From: the human T2T-CHM13v2.0 reference genome, Homo sapiens
NCBI RefSeq assembly: GCF_009914755.1
Contig: NC_060932.1
Reading direction: 5' to 3' (one strand)
DNA length: 64,000 bases
Positions within the stretch are counted from its first letter, which is position 1. Each line of letters begins with the position of its first letter. This document shows positions 1 through 11,508 of the stretch, one piece after another. Below the pieces are notes generated by a model that was given only the letters and a program-made list of their open reading frames with translations, had not been told where the DNA came from and made no database searches. The position numbers and the translations under genes were made by a program.

Positions 1-351
1 AACATTATCAGATTTTATGAGGAACATGAAGTTGAATATCTCTGTAGATTTTGACAAAGTCTGAGACAAAACTCCTCACTCCAAATTTTTAAAATAAAAG
101 GAAATAAATAAAACATAGCACTATTCTAAAATAACAATACATAATGATAGTTAGATATATCTATCTATCCGCGTCTATATGTATCACACCTCTAACTATA
201 TCTATACAGCTAGCTTCTATAACCAGCATCTTGCACAATAGTAAAACTAGGTGCATTTTCATTAATAGAAGGTACAATGCAAGGATACTCATTATCTATC
301 TCCTCTACTATTTAACATTCTACCAGAGGTACTAATTAATGCAAGGAAATA

Positions 352-1127
352 CAGTAGACCCCCTTAATCTGTGATTTCACTTTTTATGGTTTTACGTATA
401 TATATATGTGTGTGTATATATATATATATGGTTTTACATATATGTATGACATATATATATGGCCAAGCACAGTCCAGAAGTGTTTAATAGCAAATTTTGA
501 AATAAATTATGTGTAAGTTTTTTTATTATGTGTCGTTCCATGTAGCGTGATGAAATCTCACACCTTGAGGCACCATCCTGCTCAGGACATTAAACATTCC
601 TTTGTCCAGTGTATCCACACTGTATATACTACCCGCCAGGTGGCCTTCTTGGTTATCAGATTGACTGATACTGTGTCACACTGCTTATGTTCAAGTTACC
701 CCTATTTTATTTAGCAATGGCCCCAAAGCACAAGAGTAGTGATTCTGGCAATTCGAATATGTCAAAGAGAAGTCATAGAGTGTTTTATTTAAGGGAAAAG
801 GTGAAAGTTCTTGACTTAATCAGGAAAGACAAAAAGGCATGTGCTGAGGTTGCTAAGGTCTATGATAGGAAGGAATCATCTATCTATGAAATTTTAAAAA
901 GGAAAAAGAAATTTGTGCTAGGTTTCCTGTTGCACCTTGTACTTCAAAAGTTATGGCCACAGTGAATTGTAAGTGTTTAATAAGATGTAAAAGGAATTAA
1001 ATTGTAGGTAGAAGACATGAATGGGAGCATGTTCTGACTAATGGAAATTAGCTTCACTATACCTGTGGGTTTTGGAAATCCACTGGGGGTCTTGGAATGT
1101 ATCACTAGCAGATAAGGGGAACTATTA
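352..1127 (+). mobile_element. MER44-type (Tigger7-derived) non-autonomous Tc1/pogo DNA transposon
   Basis: Terminal inverted repeats cagtagacccccttaatc ... gataaggggaactatta with TA immediately 5'. ORF 687-965 contains MAPKHKSSDSGNSNMSKRSHRVFYLREKVKVLDLIRK, resembling a Tigger transposase N-terminal HTH. Internal (TA/TG)n expansion at ~397-460. Confidence 0.88.
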
Positions 1128-1228
1128 TGAGAGCAATCATTGAGAGGCATAATAATTGGGGGAGTAAATATAAAACTGTCTTTATTTATAGAAGTGATGA
1201 TAATACTACCTGGAAAACCCTAAATAAT

Positions 1229-1771
1229 TGCATTAGAAATCTATTGCCACATTAAAAAAACCCTGAAACATAATGTCTTACAAAAACAATATCAGTTATC
1301 TCACACTGTCTGTGAATCAAGATTTCAGGCAGAGTTTAATTGGGTCCTCTGGCTCAGGCTCTATTACAAAGCTGCAGTCATCTCAACAGTAAGTTGGAAA
1401 AGATGAACTTCCCAGCTCACCCACTTGATTGTTGGCAGGATCTGTTCCCCCTGAGCTTTGGACTGAGGTCCTCAGTTCCTCACTGGCCATTGGCCAGAGA
1501 TCACCCATGGTTCTGCATATATGAGCCTCTCCAACATGGTAGCTTTCTTCATCAAAACATGCCAGCCAGGTAGACAGTATAGGGATGTAGAGATGTTACG
1601 GAATTACGTATCCTAATTACGGAAGGCACACTCTATGACTTTTATCAGAATCTATTAGTTGGAAGCCAGTCACTAAGTCTAGCTTATATTCAAGCAAAGG
1701 TGATTGCTAAAAGGCAAGAATTTCAGGAAGCAGGAATCATTGAGAATCATCTCTGACACCTTCCTATCACA
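1229..1771 (-). mobile_element. MLT1F-like MaLR solo LTR
   Basis: Begins tgcattagaaatctattgcc, contains gggtcctctggctcagg and ggactgaggtcctcagttcctcactggcc, ends cctatcaca. Near-match 5-bp TSD ataat/aaaat. Confidence 0.8.
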
Positions 1772-2959
1772 AAAATATATAATAAAACTAATTCAAACAA
1801 TTGAATTATTCAGTAAAGTATCATGATATAAAATTAGACATAAGTAAACCAGTAACATTGGTAGACAAAACGATAGTTAGAAAATGTGATGGTAAAAATG
1901 ATCCTTTCCTTTAAAATAACAAAAAAGAATATAAAATGGTCACAAGGAAATGTAACAAAAAATGTTAAAAACTTATGTAAGAAAAACTTTAAAATACTTC
2001 CAAAACATACACTCGAGCTATCCTTTATCATTGAATAAAATTATTGAATATAACAATGATTTCAGTTCTTTCAGAGTTAACACATTTAATATAATCCTAT
2101 TAAATTAAAATATAATAATTTAAATTTGCTGACCTGATACCTTGTACCCTAATAATTTTCTGGTGGAACAAAAATTGGCACAGTCTTTATGGAGCAAAAT
2201 TTGGCAATATTTAGCAGGACTGTGTATACATTTACCTTCCAACTCATCAACTCCAGGAAATTATCCTGAAGTTACACAAACAAAGCTACATGTGCATAAG
2301 CTTATTCATTGCAGTCTCATTTAAAATTATGTCTATATATTTGTGACAGTCTAAATGCCCATAGAATAGGCCAATATTCTATGACAGATGAGGATAATGG
2401 AATACTATTCAGTTGTAAAATGAATGAAGATAATCTCTGTGAATTGAGACGGAGTTTCTTCCAGTATGTAGGGAGGGAAAAAAGTGAAAAGGAATATTTA
2501 TACTTCATTTTGAATGAGAAAAAAAGGGGAACTAAGAAGACCTACATGTATAAATTGATTTGTTCCTGTGTAAAAGGAACACAATCAGGATAAATTTAAA
2601 AAGGAGAGAAATTTTGAACAACATCTGATGAGAACTGAAAAATATATATTGACTTTTTTTTCCAAAGAGGTGTGAGTTAGCAATTGTGAAACTATTTTCA
2701 TTATTTTCTATAAGTGAACAAAGTGAGTAAATAAGTGACAATGTCTTAGATATCGGAACCAAATTTCTCACATTTAGAGAAAAGAGTTACAAATATGAAA
2801 AAATTGAATGATTAGTGATGCTGTTAGAGGCATCAGTATAAACCCATGGCTTTTAATGTCAATGTCTATTATTATCAAGATAATCAAGATAGATAAGATT
2901 AAATAAATAGACAGGAAACACACCCTATCTAAACTTTTGTATGGCTGGGATTTGTGAAG

Positions 2960-3300
2960 ATAAGATGTCACCTTAGTGATTAGCTTACATTACAGGATAA
3001 AAGGAAGGGAATTTTGAAAAAGTAACGAAGGCCCCTAAACAGTTGACTTGACTTACTGTAAAGGGAGAGTATCTTGGGTGTGGCTGATCTAGTCAAGTGA
3101 GCCCTTAAAAGAGGGTCTGGACTTTCCCCTAATGTCTCTGAAGCCATGCTGTGAGTGGGCCTCTAAGAAAGCCACAGAACAAGGAACTGTATGGGTTTAG
3201 TAGTTGAGAATAGCCCCAGACTGACAACCAGCAACAAATTAGGTACCTACGTCCTACAGCTACAAAGACCTGAATTCTCCCAAAAACGACAAGGGGTCGT
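2960..3300 (+). mobile_element. MLT1E-like MaLR LTR fragment
   Basis: gtgattagcttacattac, cctaaacagttgactt, aagtgagcccttaaaagag, ctgacaaccagcaac, gtcctacagctacaaagacctgaattct are typical MLT1E-group text. Confidence 0.65.
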
Positions 3301-4159
3301 TGAGAAAGGACCTAAAATACACAATTCATGAGTGGGATCATGATCATCCTGGATCATCATCATCAATAAAAAAAAGTTCTTTCTTTTTCTATTCCCTTGC
3401 TACACAGGACAAATGCATTGGAAGTACTTTGTAAATCATAATCTACTTTAAACAGTCAATATTTCATTATTAATCCATGTTTCTGGGACTAACTTCTTTA
3501 CGCTTTAATATTATTATGGTCATCATTAAAGATTATTTGCTGCCACCTGGTTTTAAAGTTGAGGGAGGGGGAAGGCAGGGAAAGAGAGTGGAAAAATATA
3601 ACATCTAAAGTCTTTTTTTTCCCATAGACTAGATCCTATTTTCATTTTATCTCCACTGTCTTCTACATAGTTTATGTCTTATGTTAACATACACAGTATC
3701 ATCTAATATCTCCCCTCTTAAAATGTAAGTCAAATAAAACAGGGACTAAGGAGCAATATGACTAAAATGAACATGTTCATCATTTCTAGAGGGGGACCAT
3801 AGAAAATAATACTGCCTTCTTCAAGACACGCCTTTATCTCCTCAGGCTCCTATTCATGTGAGGATGTCCCTCCTGAGTCCCGCAGAGAGGACTGTATATT
3901 ATGTGTGTCTTTATATCCCAGCATGTAGAAGCATCTGATAGGTAGTGTACACACAGTTAGGTGAATGAACGGGCAATATATACATGACCACCTTGCTCTG
4001 GAGGATAGGACAGGGAACAAAGGGAGATGTTACTGAAGGCAGGGCCGTACTAAAGGTATAAGCAGTTAAAATTAGCTGCTACATTTTCAAGATTAAAAAA
4101 GAAATCACTACCTATTTTCTGACAGTGTTATTCTGTATTGGCAAATAATCATCTGGAAA

Positions 4160-4412
4160 AATATACATATATATGTGTGTGTGTATACACATGTGTGTGT
4201 GTGTATACACATATATGTGTGTGTGTATGTGTTATATATACACAAATATATACATTAAAAATTATATATACATTACAAAATATATATACACACACATTAC
4301 AAATATATACAAATATATATATACATTACAAAATATATATAAATATATATATACACACACAGGCATACAAACATACATACACACACACAAACACATATAT
4401 AACATTTATATA
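4160..4412. repeat. Compound (TA)n/(TG)n/(CA)n low-complexity microsatellite
   Basis: Directly visible alternating dinucleotides; accounts for ORFs 4138-4413 and 4173-4616. Confidence 0.95.
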
Positions 4413-4609
4413 ATTACCTATGAGAGAGCTATTCTGAAAACTCCACATACTGAGAACATTATAGTCACAGACTCCATTCTAGAGGAGTTGGGTAAGCAGA
4501 CATCAGGGTCATATGGAGAGGTATTGTGGCCAAGTACTATGGCAGGCATACACCCCACCCATGCATCTGAAACCTGGCCTGTCTTTCTAGAGGAGGCTCT
4601 ATCACAGAC

Positions 4610-5565
4610 TGAATAAGACTACGAACTCCAGAGTCAGACTGCCCTGGATCAAAGACTAATTTTGGCACTGAATTTCGATGTAACTTGGGAAAGTAATTTG
4701 CCCTCCATATTTCAGCTTGCATAGCTCTATAATGGAGATTTTAGTATGAAATACTAAAGACCATTATGAAAGTTATGAGAATCAAATAACAGTACTACCT
4801 AACGTTTATTGAATGCATACTAAATTCTAGTGTGTTCATTCTTTTTTTGCACATATTATCTCGTTTGGTCCTCACAACAACACTTACAGGCAAGTATTGT
4901 TATTATCGTTCCAAAAATAGACACGGAAGGACTCTTCCAAGCCCCAATAGTGGGCAAGTGGCACAGATGGGATGAAGACCCCAGCAGCCAGACTACAGTA
5001 TTCATTACCTCAACTGCTTTTGAATTCTCTATCTCTGGGTGCATAAAACTGTAATGCAGTCAGTACTGGTAAAGTCAGTGTCAATTATGAATACTTCTAT
5101 AAATTTTTCCTGTACTATTCATGATCGGTTCACATCTAGAAAATGATAAGTTTAGATCATAAGGCTACTGCTGATAATCCTACTACTCTGTGCTAATAAT
5201 AATGTCTAAGATGATTTTCTCATTTGGCACCAGGCACTATGCTACATATTTTACTTATAATATGTTGTTTCATTGAATGGTATCTAGAGAAGCAAAATAT
5301 CTCATTTATATAATAACAATAAAAACAATAACTAAACCAGCAATAATAAGACATAGCTGATACAGTCATCTAGTGTTATTTGTGTATCAGCTCATTTAGT
5401 CCTCACAAAGACCCAATAAATAGGCAGTTTTACTATCCATAGTTTACAAATAAAAAAATGGAGGTAAAGATTAAACGACTTATCCAGGATCACACATGTA
5501 GTAAATGGCAGACATAGGATTTGGACCTAGGTACTGCAGTTCAGAGTGCACCCTCTTAAGCATCT
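4610..5565. mobile_element. Cluster of MIR SINE remnants (one +, two or more -)
   Basis: gagtcagactgccctggatc..taacttgggaaagtaattt (+, ~4610-4790); ctcgtttggtcctcacaacaac (-, ~4795-5015); ctcatttagtcctcacaaagaccc..cttatccaggatcacacatgtagtaaatggcagacataggattt (-, ~5350-5565). Confidence 0.75.
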
Positions 5566-6323
5566 GGAATTGCCTTCTGTATGAAGAAGGTGAGCTCTGC
5601 GCAGGTTAATCAACTTGCCTAAGGATGTACCAAGTCAAGGTTTTGTTGGATCAGTTACGGGATGTGTTTAAAACTAGCACCTGCTACTTAGGAAAAGAGT
5701 GAAGTGGCTTCATTAACAACCTCAGTGGGACACATTGTCCTCAATTTAAAAATGCAGATAGGAGCAACACCCTTGTTGGTTCACTTTGTTGCCTATTCAG
5801 CAGAGACTCTGAGCACTGATGATGCTCCATACACCAGACTTGCTGCAGCAGATCCTGCAGTGAGCAAGAAAGATGCAGACCGTGTCCCATTCATCACACT
5901 GGTGTTTTAAAAATCATTGCAGGCTCAATGAAAGCCAAGAATGGCTACGCACTGGTGCTCTGGGAGACGTGACAGTTGACCTAGGATGACTGAGGGATCC
6001 AGGAAAAGCCAAAATAAATAAGGAATTTTCATAGGAGTACATCAAAATGAGATCTTCCTATGCAGATTAAATAAAAACATAGATGTTAAAACACTTTAGA
6101 AAAACAAGTGAGACTTCTCTCTAAAAGTAAAGAAGTGCAATTATCAAGAACAGCATTTTTTGGCTGAATACAGTGAGGAGAAAATAAAATGCAAATATTG
6201 GAACATTCATCCTACTGCCACTTTTAAATTAGTTAAATAATTACTCTAGAAAATAATCTGTTTCAATGGACTTATTTTATTATTGAAGTAATACGGTTGC
6301 TTAATGCAATTACTTCTACCAGG

Positions 6324-6562
6324 TCATATAACTCACTGTGATTTGTAATTCAATTGAGTATTACATTGTACTTTTACAGGGGCATATTTGTAGGTCTCCT
6401 TTTTCCCCTTTTCCCTGTCAGATATTTTACCTCCTAAGTCTTTCTTAATAGTTTTCTTGTTATTTGTTTTTTAGGCAAGGTAATAATATCAGATCTCTAT
6501 CCATATATGCAGTTTATTTAAGGAGTCAAGGTTTTATATAGACAAAGTAAAAGCACTAGACC
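6324..6562 (+). repeat. Copy A of a ~240-bp local duplication
   Basis: Aligns end to end with 8478-8720 (tcatataactcactgtgatt ... gcactagacc), about 85% identity by manual count. Confidence 0.93.
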
Positions 6563-7467
6563 ATCTCAATGTGAGGAAACAGGATCTGGATGGGGGAAAG
6601 GTAGATAGAGGGGAGGGCACTTCTTTGGAATGCTCCTCAGAAATTATGGACTCATTAGACATGAGATGAACAAACAATTGCAAAGAAGTGAGAATCTAGA
6701 ATGGTTCTCAGAATTTGAAATTGAATATCTCAGAGTCAAATTACATTTTTCTTTTAGCTTCCAATTATCTCCCTTTAATAAAGTTCTATGGCCCTTTATC
6801 TTCACCTATTTGTAGAACATATAACTTCACACATATGCACACATGACCACATGCCATGTACATGTAGCTTATTTTGACTTTTAGACTGTGCACTTTTAGA
6901 CTGTACATCAGGGAAGAATATCTATTTTCTTTTCTTGCCCTACTCTTCAAAACTCAGACCCAAGAGCGCTCCTTGAAGAAGAGACATGAAACTAATTTTA
7001 AACATTGTTCACTGTGCTCAATTTCTTTCATCCAGTATTTCATTTAATTGTCATGACAATTCTAATAAATAATCTTGTTTTGCAAAGGGATTAACTGAGA
7101 ATAGCAATGGCTAGATACTCTCCTAAGGTCACATGGGTAATAGTGGTGTGTAGAGTAAGGACCTGAACTTAGAACTGTCTGAATTCAAATACCCTACTTG
7201 CTTCACTCCTGCAGGATGTTATCTATTATTTCACAGAATAACACGTGTGTTTAAAAATATGTGAATGAATAAATGATTGTATGGTACCCATAATTGGAAA
7301 TTATTTTAAATTATTTTATGCTATGTTTGTAATGTACTTTGGGTCACATTTCGTGATGTTTTTAATATACCATGACCCTTACCCATTTTTAGAAAGTACA
7401 ACGGTATTGTATTTTCTATTTCAGTCAGTATCATTTTTTGTTATGTTACCTCATCTTTCATAATTTC

Positions 7468-7785
7468 TTTTTTTTTTTGAGATGGAGTTTTGCTCTCATC
7501 TTTCATAATTTCTTTCCTTTTTCTTTTTTTTTTTTTTTGTGAGATGGAGTTTTGCTCTTGTTGTCCAGGCTGGAGTGCAGCGGCGCAACCACCTCCTCTC
7601 AGGTTCAAGTGATTCTCCTGCCACAGTCTCCCAAGTAGCTGGGATCACAGCATGTGCTGCCATACCCAGCTAATTTTTTATTTTCAGTAGAGATGGGGTT
7701 TCACCATGTTACCCAGGCTGGTCACAAACCCCTGACCTCACTTGATCCACCTGCCTCGGCCTTCCAAAGTGCTGGGATTACAGGC
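7468..7785 (-). mobile_element. AluS (Sx/Sq-like) with duplicated 3' end, short internal deletion and slight 5' truncation
   Basis: Poly-T, then gagatggagttttgctcttgttgtccaggctggagtgc ... gctgggattacaggc. TSD cataatttct at 7459, 7504 and 7787. Confidence 0.92.
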
Positions 7786-8477
7786 CCATAATTTCTAAAT
7801 AAATATGCAAATGATCTTCTCCCACTTATTTCTCATCATTTTCTTAAAGGCTATATTGCCTACATGGTTAGACACCCAACAGGTGGAAAAAGTCACAATC
7901 AGTGCTTTAGAAATCTCATATATAGTAACAAAAATAGTGTAACATAAGTCACAATCTACTGAAGTGTACAAATCTCATTACATGTTTCTATGTAATGATC
8001 AATAAGTTTATTGTTTTAGAACTGAAAGTCGGTCCTATAAGAAATATGCCTCATGCGTAAGTGAACAAAGGACTATTTATGGAGCTGAAGTAAATGAACA
8101 CAAATTAGATCCATGCTGAATCGGTTCACCTTTAAATGACAAAGCAAGACCGCACAGTCACTAAAACACACAGGGACAAGAAAATTACCTGAAAAGGTTG
8201 CAAAACAACAATCAATCAAATGGCATATGCCAAGAAATACATAGAAACTCTTTGAAAAATAAAAAAAAAGGGTAGTTCTCAAACTTTACCTAGCTTTCCA
8301 GAACCTTTTCCAGGTCATATTTGTTTATTTCATTCCAAAGCTAAAAACGTCAATGGTAAAGTAATTTTAAGGTCTGTGTTAGAGACTTACAGAGGTATTT
8401 GCAGGCTGTAAGTGTCTTGATGTAAGTAGGTGCCAGTAACCACAGAATTAACTCGAGTTAACTTGCATTTGAAGAGC

Positions 8478-8720
8478 TCATATAACTCACTGTGATTTCT
8501 AATTCAAATGAGTATTACATTGTACTCTACAGGGGTATATTTGTAGGTTTTCTTTTTACCCCCTTCCTCTGTCCTATCTTCTACCTCCCAAGTCTTTCTT
8601 AATAGTGTTCTTCTTATTTATTTTTTAGACAAGGTAATAATATCAGATCTCTGTCTATATATATGTGGAGTTGATTGAAGGACTCAAAGTTTTATACAGA
8701 CCAAGTAAAGGCACTGGACC
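8478..8720 (+). repeat. Copy B of the ~240-bp local duplication, abutting the L1 5' end
   Basis: Same alignment as copy A. Confidence 0.93.
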
Positions 8721-9594
8721 CCTGGAAGACACACTCTGATGCCAGCAGAACAGGCTTGCACTCATATCCAGAGTTTGAAGACCACTTCCATGGACCACTG
8801 CTGGCAGAAATGCCCCCAGAGTGGTCGACCAACTGTGCACCCATGCTCCTAGCCAGAGTAATAGCTTCATAGCCCCACCCCCAGCCAGCCAGACCCCAAG
8901 TTGGCTGATCCACCATGTGCATGCATGTGCCTCTGAACTGAAAAACAGCCTGGTGAGTCTAACCCTGATATAATCATACCGTACCATCATAATCTTCTTT
9001 AGTCTAGACCACTGAGATACTTGCAAACCTCACTGGCATGGATTACAGCTGAGGAAACTACACAAATGCTACACTATTGTGTCCACTTAGAACCAAAGCC
9101 AATGCATTCCACTGAATTGACACCCCAAGACATATCTATTTGAACGTATTTTCCTATTAAACTTATTTATAAAATTGAAAGTAGCAACTGTCCAAATAGA
9201 TTCATAGAAATCAAAATATGGACACAACAAACATAAAAACGTGACATCTCCAAAAATACACAATTGTTTTTTTAGTAGCAGATGCTAATCATAAGGAAAT
9301 ATACAAAATGATAGAAAAAGAATTCAAAGTAATAATCTTAAGGCAACTCAAAGAGATATGAAATAATCCAAATAGACGAATCAACAATACCGGAAAAATT
9401 TATTATTTGAATAAGAAATTTAATAAAGAAATATTATAAAAAATACAGAAATTCTACAGCTGAATATTTTAATGAATAAATAAAAAAACACAATCAACAG
9501 CTTCAACAAGAGATGAGACCAAGCAAAATAAATACTTTTGAACTCAAATACAGGTTTTTAAAAATAACATAAGCAGAGAATAAAATTAAAAAGA

Positions 9595-9652
9595 AAAGCG
9601 AAAAGAAAGGAAACAAGAAAGATAAAGAAAAGAGAAGAAAAGAAAGAAAGGA

Positions 9653-9700
<48 letters not shown>

Positions 9701-9702
9701 AA
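9595..9702 (+). repeat. (GAAA)n tetranucleotide STR within the L1 ORF1 remnant
   Basis: 13 perfect GAAA units at 9651-9702, preceded by a degenerate purine run. Confidence 0.95.
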
Positions 9703-11088
9703 ACAGGATTTATGGGATACCATTAAGTGAACAGATATTGACAGTATGGTCAACCCAGAAGGAGAATATAAGGAAAAAGGGAGGAAAATATATTTTATGA
9801 AATAGCTAAAAAACTTCCCAAGTCATCAGAGAAACATGGATATCTACATTCAGGAAGCTCAAAGAGTCTCAAGTAGAACCAATCCAAACAGGTCTTCTTC
9901 AAGGCATTTTAGAGTCAAATTGTCAAAAGTCAAAGGCAAAGAAGGAATTCTTAGGAAAAAAAAAAAAGCAAGAGAGAAGCATCAAGTTACATATAATGTA
10001 ATCTCCATTAAATGAACAGTGGATTTCTCAGTTGAAATCTTGTAGCCAGGAGAAAATGGGATGATGTATTCAAAGTACTGAAAAAAAATTTTTAAAAAAC
10101 TGCCAGCCAAAAATATTATACCCAGCTAAGCTATTCAGAAATGAAGGATCAATAAAATATTTCACAGAGAAAAAAAAAAAAAAACTAAGAGAATTAATCA
10201 CCACTAGACTAGCCTTAAGAGAAATATTTGAGAGACTCTTAGATCTGGAAGTGAAAAGACAATATCAACCATCATGAAAACATGTGAAATTATAAAATTT
10301 ATTGGTATAGTCAATACAAATGGGAGAAATAAGAATCAAAACTATCACTACAGAAAACCAGCCAACTGCAAAACTAAACAATAAGAACAGAAATAAGGAA
10401 CAATGAATATACAAAACAACCAGAAAATAATTAATAAAATGACATGAGTAAGTCTTCACCTATTTGTAACATATTTCAATGTAAATTAATTAAATTCTCT
10501 ATTTATGTTATTGACTGGCTGAATGGAAAAAAATAACAAGACCCAATTCTATGTTGCCCACAAGAAACTCACCTTGCTTGTAAAAATGCACATAGATTGA
10601 ATATGAAAGGAAGAAAAAGATATTCATACAAGTAAAAATCCATAACTTAGGAGAAGTAACTATACTTATATTAAACAAAACAGACTTCGAGTCAAAATGT
10701 ATAAAAAAAGAGTAACATTGTGTAATAATGAAGGGGTCAATTCAGCAAGAGACTATAACAATTGTAAATAAATACGTACATTACACAAGAACACCCAGAT
10801 ATATGAAGCAAATATTATTAGATGTAAAGAAAAAGATAGAACCCAATAAAATAATAAATGAATCAAATGGACCTAACAATCATTTATAGAACATTTTACC
10901 CAATAGCTGCAGAGTACACATTCATCAGCAGATGGAACATCTCTAGGATTGACCATATATAAGGACACAAAAAACCGTCAAAACATTTGAAAAAATTGAA
11001 CTCATATTAAGTATCTTATTTTGTATCATAGTGAAATAAAACTAGAAATCAATAACAAGATGAACATTCAAAATTATACAAATATGTA

Positions 11089-11508
11089 TGGCATGGTGTA
11101 GATCTGTGTCTCCATCCAAATCTCATGTCAAGTTGTAATTCCCAATATTGGAAGTGGGGCTTAGTGGGAAGTCACTGAATCATGAGGGCAGAGTCTTCAT
11201 GAATGGTTTAGCACCTTTCCCCTAGTGTTGTTCTCATGATAGAGTTCTCATGAGATCTATTTGTTTAAAAGTGTGTAGCACCTCCTGCCCTCACTCTGTT
11301 TCTCCAGCTTCAGCCATGTAAGATGTGCCTGCTTCCTCTTCACCTTCTTCCATGATTGCTGGTTTCCTGAGGCCTGCCCGAAGCAGATGCCAGCTTCATG
11401 CTGCTTTTTGTACAGTGTGTGGAACCATAAGTCAATTAAACCACTTTTCTTTACAAATTACCATGTTTCAACTATTTCTTTAGAGCAATGAGAGAATGAA
11501 CTAATGCA
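11089..11508 (+). mobile_element. MSTA-like MaLR solo LTR inserted in L1 ORF2
   Basis: tggcatggtgtagatctgtgtctccatccaaatctcatg ... ttcatgaatggtttagcac ... agagaatgaactaatgca; L1 text resumes collinearly on both sides. Confidence 0.88.

Larger units (their letters stand above)
270..2870 (+). mobile_element. Ancient L1 (L1MC/L1ME class) ORF2-3'UTR relic, interrupted by MER44 and an MLT1 LTR
   Basis: Collinear degenerate L1 RT-region segments: caaggatactc..tttaacattctaccagaggtact (~280-348) resumes at ~1130 (aaaactgtctttatttatagaagtgatgataatactacctggaaaaccctaaa) and again at ~1772. L1MC4-like 3'UTR text (gaaccaaatttctcacatttagagaaaagagttacaaatat) at ~2750-2800. Boundaries approximate. Confidence 0.65.

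Noticed and set aside
4173-4616. 147-aa ORF rich in Y/I/T/H/C
   Set aside because: Translation of a TA/CA microsatellite.
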